Shown piece by piece: positions 1 through 10,444 of a stretch of 64,000 nt of DNA. Every line of letters starts with the position of its first letter. Position 1 is the stretch's first letter. Under the pieces are notes generated by a model. The model had not been told where the DNA came from. It made no database searches and worked only from the letters and a program-made list of their open reading frames with translations. Source of the DNA: Camelus dromedarius (Eukaryota); assembly GCF_036321535.1 (NCBI RefSeq), contig NC_087436.1:88600001-88664000 (forward strand), read 5' to 3'. The position numbers were made by a program, and so were the translations under genes.

Positions 1-23
1 ACATTGTCTCTGTTTATTAGTTG

Positions 24-114
24 TTTTTTTTTTTAATGGAGCTACTGGGGATTGAACCTAGAACCTAGTGCATGCTAAGCATGCACTCTACCACTTGAAC
101 TATACCCTCCCTCC
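24..114 (-). mobile_element. tRNA-Ala-derived SINE (Vic-1-like)
   Basis: Reverse complement of GGAGGGTATAGTTCAAGTGGTAGAG...GGTTCAATCCCCAGTAGCTCCATT(A)n. Confidence 0.8.
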
Positions 115-989
115 TAACACATTGACTGTAAAGAAAACTTTCTTTGATTATGTAAGGTCTCATGATGCCACAGGGTCATAGTATATATGATTTTATTGTT
201 GTAATCAAGTCTTTAAATTTATTTGAAAAACATTCCTAGTTCTGGTCACTGGGAATGGAGTAGTGAGCAAGGAATTTTTGCTCTTATGCTGCTTATTTTT
301 TCTGGCATTTAAATCACTCTGTTATATCATCGTGTTTTCTTCTAAAATGTTTTGGCCAAAAAAAGGAGTCTGGAAAACATATTTGGTTTTATTAATTAGC
401 TTTTGATTAATTGAGACTTTGTGGTAGCTGCTTTGTAAATTTTCAGTGGATTTTAAAAGTGATGATAATAGCTATGATAATAATGACCTCCTTATTGAAA
501 TCGTTTCTTCCTGAGAAAGTGTGTTTTCTTTGTAAGTTGATCGGTTGACTTAACGGGGCTGAAAGGTCCCTGTGTTTATTATGCACGCATATAGCAACAG
601 TGTTGTGTCAGTTCTGTTTTAGTCTTCCTGGGAATCACAGTTTTCTTCTGATTCTATGGAGATAATTTTTTATAGAAGTATAGACAGTTTCCAATGTCAT
701 GTCAATTTCTGGCATACAGCATAATGTTTCAGTCATCCATATATATATACATACATTCCTTTTCACATTTATAAAGATAATTATTAAATCGTTGGTTTGA
801 CAAATTTGACTTCTCAAAGTCATAGTTCAAGGAGGGAGGGGTTACAGAAAGATTATTTTAAGCATTTTAGCTCTCTTCATCTCCACAAGAAAACTGATGG
901 TTGTCTCTCTCTCCAAGTTTGGGGATTATATAATAACACCATCAACTCACGTTTGTGTAACTCTTCACAGCCTTCCATAGTGTTTTGCA

Positions 990-1175
990 CGGATTTTTCA
1001 TTAGCTCCCTGTAGAGAATCAGTACAGTAGGCAGGGTGGGCATTAGCTTCTCCACTTTACAGAGGTGGAAACTGAGGCTCAGAGAGCTCTCTGCCAGCAT
1101 CTCACTGGCACTTTGGTGAAGAGCTGGGGCCAGAACCCAAGTCTTCGCCAAGCAAGGAATGGCTGTTTTCAGGCA
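990..1175 (-). mobile_element. MIR relic (similar relics near 5370-5550, 9060-9165, 35020-35250, 41430-41720, 56300-56520)
   Basis: MIR core ccactttacagaggtggaaactgaggctcagagag. Confidence 0.75.
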
Positions 1176-2489
1176 CTGGCCACCTCTCTGTGGCAGAGCC
1201 AGCAAAGCCTGTTCTGGATGTTTACACAACCCTGAGAGCATTGTTCAATATTAAGAAACAACCTTAGTCTGCAGTGGATACTGAGATTGGGCAAGGACTA
1301 GAAAACATTATTTTGAAGTAAAAGTGCTAACACAAATTATTTTTGCTACTAAACAAAATCCCATTTAAAAATACTACCTTCTTTTTACTCATTAAGAAAG
1401 TAAATTAGGAGAAAATTCAGAAGAACACAAAGAAGAAAACAAAACAAAAAAATTATGATCCTACCCATAAAAACTTAACATGTTTAACATTAAAGTGCTT
1501 ATCCTTTCTGTGCACATATACAGAATTTTTCATAAAAAGTGATGATACTGTAAATACTGCTTAACAACCTGCTTTTTCTGCTTAACATCATATCATGAAC
1601 AGTTCTACAAGTTGTTAAATAATGTTCTTTTGAGAAAAACTATCGAGATGAAAAAATACACTTTTATTATAAAATTAATAGGTTCTCATTGTATAAAATT
1701 CAAACAATACAGAGATCTACTCTCCAGAGGCAACTATTGTTTACAATTCACTGCATATTGTTCTGCACTTTTCTATGAGGCCTGAATTTTACTGGTTGCA
1801 TCTACAGGTTAGAGTACCTTCTTTAGAAAAGATTAAAAAAAAAAAAGGTTTGCACTAAGAAGAAGAGGGCATCATTTTTTTAAAAAAAAGGTACATACTT
1901 ATTAGTGTCAATATAACAAAATAATTTGTAAATAACAAATACAGCATTTATCCAAATCTTTTGGAACATTCACAGAGAATTCCACTATGGAATGCACCCA
2001 ACACACAGGAATCCTCATGCATGCTGAGTCATCTTTGGCTGTCTTCAAATAATTAAGTGATGTGGGTGCTCTGAGCTGCATAATATGCAACTGTCTTTGT
2101 TTAAACATGATGCTTTAAAGTCTGTGTACTCTGCCAGCTTTTCAAGCTGAATTCCTCTGTTCAGTTTTCAGAATTATCCAGAAGTAGTTCACTGCCTTTA
2201 ATAATAAAGCGTATTACGAATTACAACATAGTTGTGTTGATAATTAAAAGTGATTCTAGGAGTTAGGTTGTTTTGTAAGCCATAAACCGGTAAACAAATA
2301 TTTGCCGCTAAATGATTTAAGGCATGTACAGGTTAGTAAAGTACATGAATGACTTTCGTAAATGGCAGAATTTTATGTTTATATCCAGAAAGGTAAAATT
2401 AAAGGGTAATTAATAGTCAGAGGACCAGGGATACATATTCACATGGGGGATAATAATAATAAAGCCTGACACCTAGCAGGCTTTAAATA

Positions 2490-3300
2490 TGTGTTAAATG
2501 GATGAATGAACCCAACTGAAAAAATTGACCAATAATATAAACATCTAATTCACAAAGAAGAAATCTAAGTGACTAACAGACACATGAGAGTTTGTCCAAC
2601 TTCATTAGTAAATGCAAATCAAAAACCATAGTGCAAATAAATTTCTCTCATCAAATTGGGGAAAAAAACCCTTAAAATCTGACAATATTAAGGATTGGTC
2701 AGGGTGTGGGGGAAATGATACACCTGTATAAGGCTCACAGAATATTAAATGATACATGACCGTGGGCAGCAATTTGACTGGCTCTCATAAACAGAAACTA
2801 GATCTAGCAATTTCTCTTCTGGATGTAGACATAATGACTGCTCTTGCACATGTATCTAAGGAGACGTGCAAAGGATTTTTATTGCAGCACTGTTCATGGT
2901 AGCAAAAAAACTGGAGAAATATGATAATATTTAATATTAATTAATAGGAGAAATATGAGAAAAAAGGAATATAATATGATGTATATAAGTTACAATATTA
3001 ACAAACAATATTATAAAATGAAATAGCTCTATGTATATTAACATAGATAATTTTCAAAAAATAATTTTGAGTGAAAAAAGCAAGTTGCAGAATTATACAC
3101 AGAGGAAGACACTGCTTTATATACTTAAACAACGTGTCCCAAACTATACATTGGTTCTGGATGCTTATGTAGGTATGTAAAAAGATGCAAAGGGCTGGCA
3201 GGATACACACCAAACTTATAGTAGTGGTTGCTTCTGGGTAGAGGGTACAGGGAAGACAAGGCTAGGACTGGGAGGTGGCTGCTAAAAGAGCTTTAACTTT
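2490..3300 (+). mobile_element. Ancient L1 (L1M-type) 3' fragment
   Basis: Degenerate L1 motifs (aaatgcaaatcaaaaccata, gatctagcaatttctcttctgg, attgcagcactgttcatggtagcaaaa). Confidence 0.7.
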
Positions 3301-3582
3301 AGGCATAAAGTTTTATTGCTTTTCATGTGCTATGTAAGGTGGGGAAGCAAATATGACAAAAGACAAAAGTGGATGTTGTTAACTCCTGGTGGTAGAAGTA
3401 TGGATGATATAATTTTTATACTGTTTTGCATTTTAAAATGGGGTCACTATGCATACCCACTAAGTCATTAATTTACATAATACAATATTCAGAAAGTACA
3501 GTGTCCTCCCTTCCACTCCTATTGCCCAGTCCCATCCATTGTTCTTCTTCTTCAGGGGCAGGTAGTCACCATTGTCTCTGTC

Positions 3583-3713
3583 TTTTTTGGGGGGAGGGGA
3601 GGGGGAATTAGGTTTGTTTGTTTGTTTATTTATTTTTAATGGAAGCACTGGGGATTGAACCCAGGACCTCATGCATGCTAAGCATGCTGTACCACTGAGC
3701 TATACTCTCCCCC
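3583..3713 (-). mobile_element. tRNA-Ala-derived SINE (Vic-1-like)
   Basis: Same tRNA head plus the family tail aaacctaattcccc. Confidence 0.85.
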
Positions 3714-5210
3714 TTACAACCTCTTTCTTGTTTCATCTTTTTCTCTTATACACAATCGAATCTTTTTTTTTCCTACATAAGGTGATATACTGTATCTTTG
3801 AGGATTTCCAATACCTGTTCATCTAGAGGTGTCTTTTTATTTCTAATGACTATATGGTATTTCATCTCACCTTTTTGGAAGGAATAAAAGAGTAGGAAGA
3901 AGTTGAGAGGAAGGGCGGCAGGCAGATATGGTCTTCGTTGCAAGAAGAACGGCTAATGATTCAGGAGACAATGGTGAAATCTTGAAGGTTCTAGAACAAG
4001 AATATGTTACTGTATGCTCCTTAAGAAGATTAATTTGGGAGTACTTCGCAGGATGAACTGGAGGAAGGGTGAGGCTGGGAATGAATAAATCAGCTAAAAG
4101 ACTTAGTCAAAGATAAGAGGTAACAAGCACCTGACAAGCCCTAGCGATAATTAGAATGAAAAAGTGGCAGGGCAGGCAGGAGCAACTGCAAAGTAGGACA
4201 CGTAAGACTTGACAGAGTAACTGAGTGGGAAGGAAAGAGTCAAAGGTAACTAACTCCAAGTTCTAAATGAATTTAGGTGCATAAGGGAACAGCAATTCTG
4301 CAGCCAGAAATAGTCAGGTCAGAAAGGAGAGCTGGTTGGACATGGGAAGAAGTAAAGGTCCATCTTTGGATACACTAGACACAGGGCTCTGAAGTGGATG
4401 CTCCAGAAATTAAATGAAAGGAGGCTGGCCGGCAGGTGGCATTCAACATGTTTGTATTGAATAAATGGGTGAAATGTGGCACAGGAGTTAAGGAAGGTGG
4501 TCAGGGCTGTTTGTGTGAAATTGGGAAATACCTACACAGAAGTGAAGGCAGAACTTCATGAAAGAAAGCGGGTGAAAGTATGAACCCCCCTGTTTCTCAG
4601 CAGCACAGGATGCTGAATGGGGGCCTGTGCATATTACTAATTTCTATGTAATATGTGGTACTCCTACGACTATAGATGGAAGGGCACAGTGGGAAAAATT
4701 GCTGGTGCAGACAGAGCTCCAGAGATGGGGAAGAAGACTCTAATAAAGAGGCTGGAGTATAGCAAAGCAAAGATGGCTGGGATTCAGTCCCCATCACTTC
4801 CACTCCCGTTCCCTCCAACCTTCATTCATCCACTTACTCATTCCTTCCACAAACATCACTGAGTACTTGCTGGGTTCAAAGCACAGTTCTAAATTCTAAG
4901 GATATTTATGAATGAAACACAAAACAAACAAAAACTATTCCTTCTCTTAAGGAGTTCAGTCTAGTGAAACTATAGAAAAATCCTTTCTGGTATTATTTTT
5001 CCTAAGGACAATAGTGGATTCAGAATTTCTACACAGTAAGGGCTTAGGGGCAGCCATCTGGTAAGAAGTGGAGGCTAGGAACTTATTTTAAAGCTATATT
5101 TATTTACCAAGTCAACTTTTTTTTTAAGTGTATTATTTGGGGACAGCTTGGGCTCCTAAAGGATATCACTGGAAGTTAAAAACCCCCTTTGCTTAAGTCA
5201 ACGTTTTAAG

Positions 5211-5313
5211 GTGCGCTGTTTGAGTTTACGTCACTGCATTGTAAATAATCGACTGAACCCAAAAGGCACAAACCACGGAGAAGACCACACTGATAGGAAT
5301 GAAGCAGAGACAA
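5211..5313 (+). other. Candidate 5'UTR exon of CNGA1
   Basis: Non-repeat segment bounded by ttttaag| and caa|gtaagt; the first coding exon has an acceptor, so upstream non-coding exon(s) must exist. Confidence 0.4.
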
Positions 5314-5759
5314 GTAAGTGTCACTTGGGGCCGCTGGTAATTGAGTTCCCATATCACGCCTTTTCGGAGCTGTCTGGATTGAGGTTGGGCTTTGCAGCCT
5401 GGTTTTGCCTGCCAGCTCAGCAGTAAAAGTCACGTGACCCCAAGCAAATCATTGAACCTCTCAGCTTCGTATGAAGCCATGCTGCAGATCCTTACGTGGA
5501 TTAAATATGCCGACCTAACGTAATGCCTGACCCGAAGCAGGTGCTCAGTACACCTTTCTTACTTTTCTCTCTTTGTCTCTATCGTCTCAAACTATGTACA
5601 GAGGCTGAAAGGGGTGGACTGATGCGCAGAACGGGCGAGGTGTAGAAGTTCTTTCTTATTGCCTGACCTCATGCTGCCTCAATCTGTCACACCCGGGTGG
5701 GAAGGAGTCATTAACACTTCCCAGAGGCTTTCTCACTGAAGCAATCAGAAATGTTTCAC

Positions 5760-6012
5760 TTAGACAAAGATAAATACTGTATGATATCGCTTATATGTGG
5801 AATCTAAAAACTAGGACAAACTAGCAGTTATAACATAAAAGCAGCAAACTCACAGCTTTGGAGAGCAAATCAGTGGTTACCTGTGGGGGAGAAGAAGTAA
5901 TATAGGGAGGAGGGAGTGGGAGGCACAACTATTGGGTGTAGGGTGGAAAGATAGCCAATATTTTGTAATAACTGTAAGTGAAAAGTAACCTTTAAAATTG
6001 TATAAAAATTAA
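5760..6012 (+). mobile_element. L1 3' end
   Basis: gacaaagataaatactgtatgatatcgcttatatgtggaatctaaaaa matches the L1 3'UTR at 13317-13360. Confidence 0.85.
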
Positions 6013-7258
6013 ATTCTGAAGAACTGTTTAGAATATGGACAGATTCTGATGATGCACAGACTAGACACACCTGATCCCCTTAGAAAGAAAATGACATTTT
6101 CCTGCCTCTCCTAAATCCTTCACTACATCCTTGTCTTTTTCCACTGAAGCTTGTCTTTCTAATCTTTGTCTTGGGCATCTACTGACTGCCTCATTGCTGC
6201 TCCACCTTCATCAAATAATTTGGCACCTGCTGTAAGATGTCCCTTTCCTACTGCGTCTCACCATCATTCTGGGCAACCTCCACAGCTATGAAATATGATC
6301 TGAGTCCTTAGCTTCACAAGTCCTCTTCTTCCCTTTCCTTCTGCCACTCCACTGTTGTCACCCGAGTCCTTGGCTCAGAGCTGCTTCAGCTCCACAGCTG
6401 TAACCTTTAGTGCAGTATCTTATTTCCTGGCTGCAGCCTCCTCTGCTTCCAGCTCTTACTCTCTTTCCCACTAGACCTGTTTTTCAAACTTCTTGGGGTA
6501 TTTGTCCCCTTGACCTTCAATTTTCTCACAAATCCTCCCTTCCCAGAATCCCCTCCCCACTTCAGCTTAAGATGTGATTTTTTATTTTCTTTGATTTAGG
6601 AAAGGCTTGAGTCTTTCACAACCTCCTTACCTCCTCTGCCCCCTTGTCCCTCTATCCCAGCCACTGACCCCAGTCTAGATCATTCCAGGTGATATTTGGG
6701 GCTCTTTCCTACCTGAACTGCTAGGCACGGTGAGAGAAGATCACAGCACCGTGTGCGCTATTGCATCAGTTGTGACCCAATGATACCGGTAACCCTTCCA
6801 CAGATTTTCCCCAGCTCCTTCCTGTTGCCTCGCCTATGGCCCCACTTAGAGTTCTCCAATGACTCCTCATTTTCGTTAAGGTAACAGAGCATTCAGTGCA
6901 TCTAGTGAATTAACCCCTGTCTTCCTCTCCACCTCTTTTCTTATCATTTATTCACAGAACTGTATTTTCCTCCATTTGATCTGCTGTGATTACCTGAAGA
7001 CACTCTGTTCTCTCACATGTTTGCTTTTTGTATTTGCTACTGCTTTGTCCTAGAATCCTGGTCCACACTGTAACGTGCCTGGCAGGTGCCTGCTCTTTGT
7101 CCAAGCTCCCTCAAGCCTTGCCTTTTCAGGAAGCTTTATCTCAAGCCCCCTGCTGAGGACTAGGTGCATCTCCTCTTAGCTCACACAGCACCCTGGCCCT
7201 GACCTGCCTCTATGTGCTGGATTCTGACTGTTTGACCCTCCAGATCCCTTTCCACCTT

Positions 7259-7672
7259 GTATTGGTTTCTAGGACTGCTGTAACAAACTGACCTAAACTT
7301 CGTGGCGTAAAACAACAGGAATGTATTGTTTCAGTTCTAGAAGCCAGAAGTACCACATCAAGGTGTTGGTAGGACCATGTTCCCTCTGAAGGCAAGAGGG
7401 AAGACTCTGTTCCATTCCTCTTTTCTAGCTTCTGGTAGCCTCAGGCATTCCTTCTCTTGTAGATGTTTTACTCCAAAACTCTATCTTTTTAAAAGTTTTT
7501 AAAAATTAAAAAGAAAATCTTATTTTTTATTGAAGTGCAGTCAATTTACAATGTTAGTTTCAGGTGTATATAGCAAAGCAGTTCGAACCTCCATCTTCAT
7601 ATAGTGTTTTCTTTGTGTCTCTCCATTTGGTCTTCCCTCTGTGTGTGTCTTTGTATCCAAATTTCCCCTTTT
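7259..7672 (-). mobile_element. MaLR LTR (MLT1-like), interrupted by a short L1 3' end (~7490-7585)
   Basis: ggactgctgtaacaaa...aaaacaacaggaatgtatt...cagttctagaagccagaagt...atcaaggtgttgg signature; minus ORF MPSEGTWSYQHLD. Confidence 0.8.
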
Positions 7673-7959
7673 CCAGTTATCAAAATTTTCTCATAACACT
7701 ATTAAAATGTCCACTAATTTTGAAACAAAGAAAAGATAATCTTGGAAACTGAAGAGGTGACTGACAATTATGGACACTTCTTTTAGCTTCTTTTGTGGGT
7801 CCCAAACCTTTTGTTCAGTGTAGTGCTCTTGTTCCCCAATACTAGTTGTGAGCTCTTTAAGGCCATAGTATTATGGCTTCCTTCTTACAGCATCTGGCAG
7901 AGGACTTTGTACATGGTATTTATTTATTAAATTCAACATAGACATTCATTTCTTGGGAT

Positions 7960-8540
7960 GTATGTATTTCATTTTCTAATTATTGCTAACATACAGAAAT
8001 GAAAATAACTTTTTTTACACTGATTTTTTTGTCCTGTGATCTTGCTAAATTCACTTATTCTAATATTCTTTTGTAGATCCTTTAAGGATGTTTACATATA
8101 CTATCATGTCATCTGAAAATATAGTTTTACTTTTTTCCAATATGGGTGCTCTTTCTTTCCTTCCTTCCTTCTTTTTTCTTTTCTCTTCTCTTTTCTTTTC
8201 TTTTCTTTTCTTTTCTTTTCTTTTCTTTTCTTTTCTTTTCTTTTCTTTTCGCTTACTGCAAGAGCTAGAACCTCCAGTACAATTTGGATACCTCTAGAAT
8301 ATCCTTGCCTTGTTCTTGACTTTAGGGGGAACATGTTCAGTGTTTCATCATTAGGTATGATATCAGCTGTAGGTTTTATGTGCATTGAGGAAGTTATCTG
8401 GTTGAGAACGTTTCCTTCTGTTCCTAGTTTGCTAAAAATTTTTATTATGAATAGGTATTGAATTTTGTCAAATGATTTTTCTACATCTGTTGAAATGATC
8501 ATGTGAGTTTTCTCATCTTTTTTGCTATTAATATAGTAAT
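7960..8540 (-). mobile_element. Old L1 ORF2 fragment containing (TTTTC)n
   Basis: MIISTDVEKSFDKIQY...KPTADII...FPLKSRTRQG resembles L1 RT. Confidence 0.85.
8150..8250 (+). repeat. (TTTTC)n / pyrimidine microsatellite
   Basis: About 12 perfect TTTTC units at 8191-8250. Confidence 0.95.
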
Positions 8541-8784
8541 TTCATTGTTTTTCAAATTTAAATCTATATATCTTAAGTTATGAAATTAACTTTATGTTGT
8601 GTTAGTGGTTTGTGAATTTTGTCTTGGAGAATTGACCCCAGAGGCTTCATATTTGCAGACCTGAAACGTCAGACAGGTAACATCTACCTTGAAGACTTTC
8701 TTGACCGTTATTTTATCTCTCCCACTACTGTATTCAGAAATGTAAATATGATTGGGGTGGTGCACCAAGGGCCAATAGCACAGA

Positions 8785-8967
8785 GTAATCGTTTTTAAAG
8801 TGTGATTCAGGAACGGCTTGAAATAGAATTACATACAGTGCTTGGTACAATTGTAGATTCCCGTCCCCCACATCATACCTCATTTGGACTCTGAGGCCTG
8901 GGCCCTGGAATCTGCATTTTAAACAAACTTCACAGGTGTTATTCATACTAAATTTAGAGAACCACTG
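8785..8967. mobile_element. MER5A-like hAT DNA transposon relic
   Basis: gggccctggaatctgcattttaaacaaact...aatttagagaaccactg signature. Confidence 0.75.
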
Positions 8968-9376
8968 TTTCATAGTTAATTGTGTTTGTATGTGTGGGTT
9001 TATAGGTGAGGGTGCACAGCATATCTTTTCTGCTATTTGATATAAAAAAGATTTTATTCTGATTTTATAGATGTAAAAACTGAGGTTCAGTAAGATTAAA
9101 AAACTCACTTGAGTTCTTTCATCTAGTAAGTGGTAGAGGCAGGGTTTGAACCTAAGTCAGAGCCTGACGTCAATCAAGAGAATAGATTGCTTACTGGGCA
9201 TTCATAGTTTATGTTCCAAGTTAACTTTGTCTGAATTGTTCATGAGATTTTCCCAATTGTTTGCTTTGCTTTATCTTTGTGAAGTTCTTTACAGCCTTAC
9301 TTAAGTGAGAAATGTTTATGATTCAGCTAAAAACAAAAGCTGAAACTTATTTTCTAAAAGCAGCTGTTTCTTTTTT

Positions 9377-9534
9377 GGGGAAGGATATCGCTCAGTGGTA
9401 AGTGCATGCTTAGCACACACAAGGTCCTGGGTTCAATCCCCAGTACCTCTATTAAAAAAAAAGCTAAATAAATAATCTACTTACCTCCTCCCTTCCAAAA
9501 CCCCTAAATAAATAAATAACAAAATGAAATAACA
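9377..9534 (+). mobile_element. tRNA-Ala-derived SINE (Vic-1-like)
   Basis: ggggaaggatatcgctcagtgg...gggttcaatccccagtacctc with A-rich tail; degenerate TSD taaaagca..tgtt.c at ~9355 and ~9535. Confidence 0.85.
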
Positions 9535-9734
9535 TAAAAGCAATTGTTCCCTATTGATTCATAAAGTTTTATTCAGATTCATGTTTGAAAATCAACAAAG
9601 CAATGAATTCTCTAAAAGAAGCATCTTTTGATTCTTTCCAAATGTGTCGCTAACAATCCGATGATAATACCAAAAGAGTTGAAAAGTATGTGAAAAAATT
9701 AACAGTTATTGACTATTAAAAATTCTTTCTCAAA

Positions 9735-10051
9735 AAAATATGAAAATGAATATATGTATGTATATGCATGACTGGGACATTGTACTGTATACCAGAAATT
9801 GACACATTGTAATTGACTGTACTTCAGTAAAAAAATTTTTAAAAAGCATGTATTCATAAGTGACAATAAAAAAATTCCATATATTTTGAAACATGGCATT
9901 ATTTTATATACCAATAATAAGAACAAAATATTACCATAAACTAAGAAACTCCAGTGATTATCAGATGGATTTCAGTTTTAGAGATGTTAAAATATGTGGG
10001 GGGTATGCCATAATAAAAAAAATATGGTATTTAAGAAAAAAATTAAAAATT
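9735..10051 (+). mobile_element. Short L1 3' end plus ~190 bp of non-L1 tail (probable 3' transduction)
   Basis: 16-bp TSD aaaattctttctcaaa at 9719-9734 and 10052-10067. Confidence 0.7.
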
Positions 10052-10105
10052 AAAATTCTTTCTCAAAGTATAAAATTTATTTTTTAATATAATGCAATAT
10101 TTTTT

Positions 10106-10276
10106 TAACATTTTTTATTGATTTATAGTCATTTTACAATGTTGTGTCAAATTCCAGTGTTCAGCACAATTTTTCAGTCATACATAGACATATACACAGT
10201 CATTGTCACATTTTTCTCTGTGAGCTACCATAACATTTTGTGTATATTTCCCTGTGCTATACAGTATAATCTTGTT
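10106..10276 (-). mobile_element. Short L1 3' end with TSD
   Basis: L1 3'UTR-type sequence flanked by tttttaatataatgcaatattttt at 10081-10104 and 10277-10300. Confidence 0.85.
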
Positions 10277-10444
10277 TTTTTAATATAATGCAATATTTTT
10301 AATGTAAAAATTCAAAATAAAGTATTAGCAGCTAGGATTTAATAGCATATAAAAAGAAGAACTTACCATAATCAAGAAGAATTTATTCCATAACTATTAA
10401 AATAATTTATTAATTTAGTTCATCATATAATAGGAAAAATTAGG

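Noticed and set aside
2172..2274. Possible further CNGA1 5'UTR exon (ttttcag|...ttt|gtaagc); similar lone donor at ~8676
   Set aside because: Splice-like motifs only, with weak or unpaired sites; not supportable without transcripts
8104..8502. 132-aa ORF with KEKKR repeats
   Set aside because: Decayed L1 ORF2 frame reading through a (TTTTC)n microsatellite
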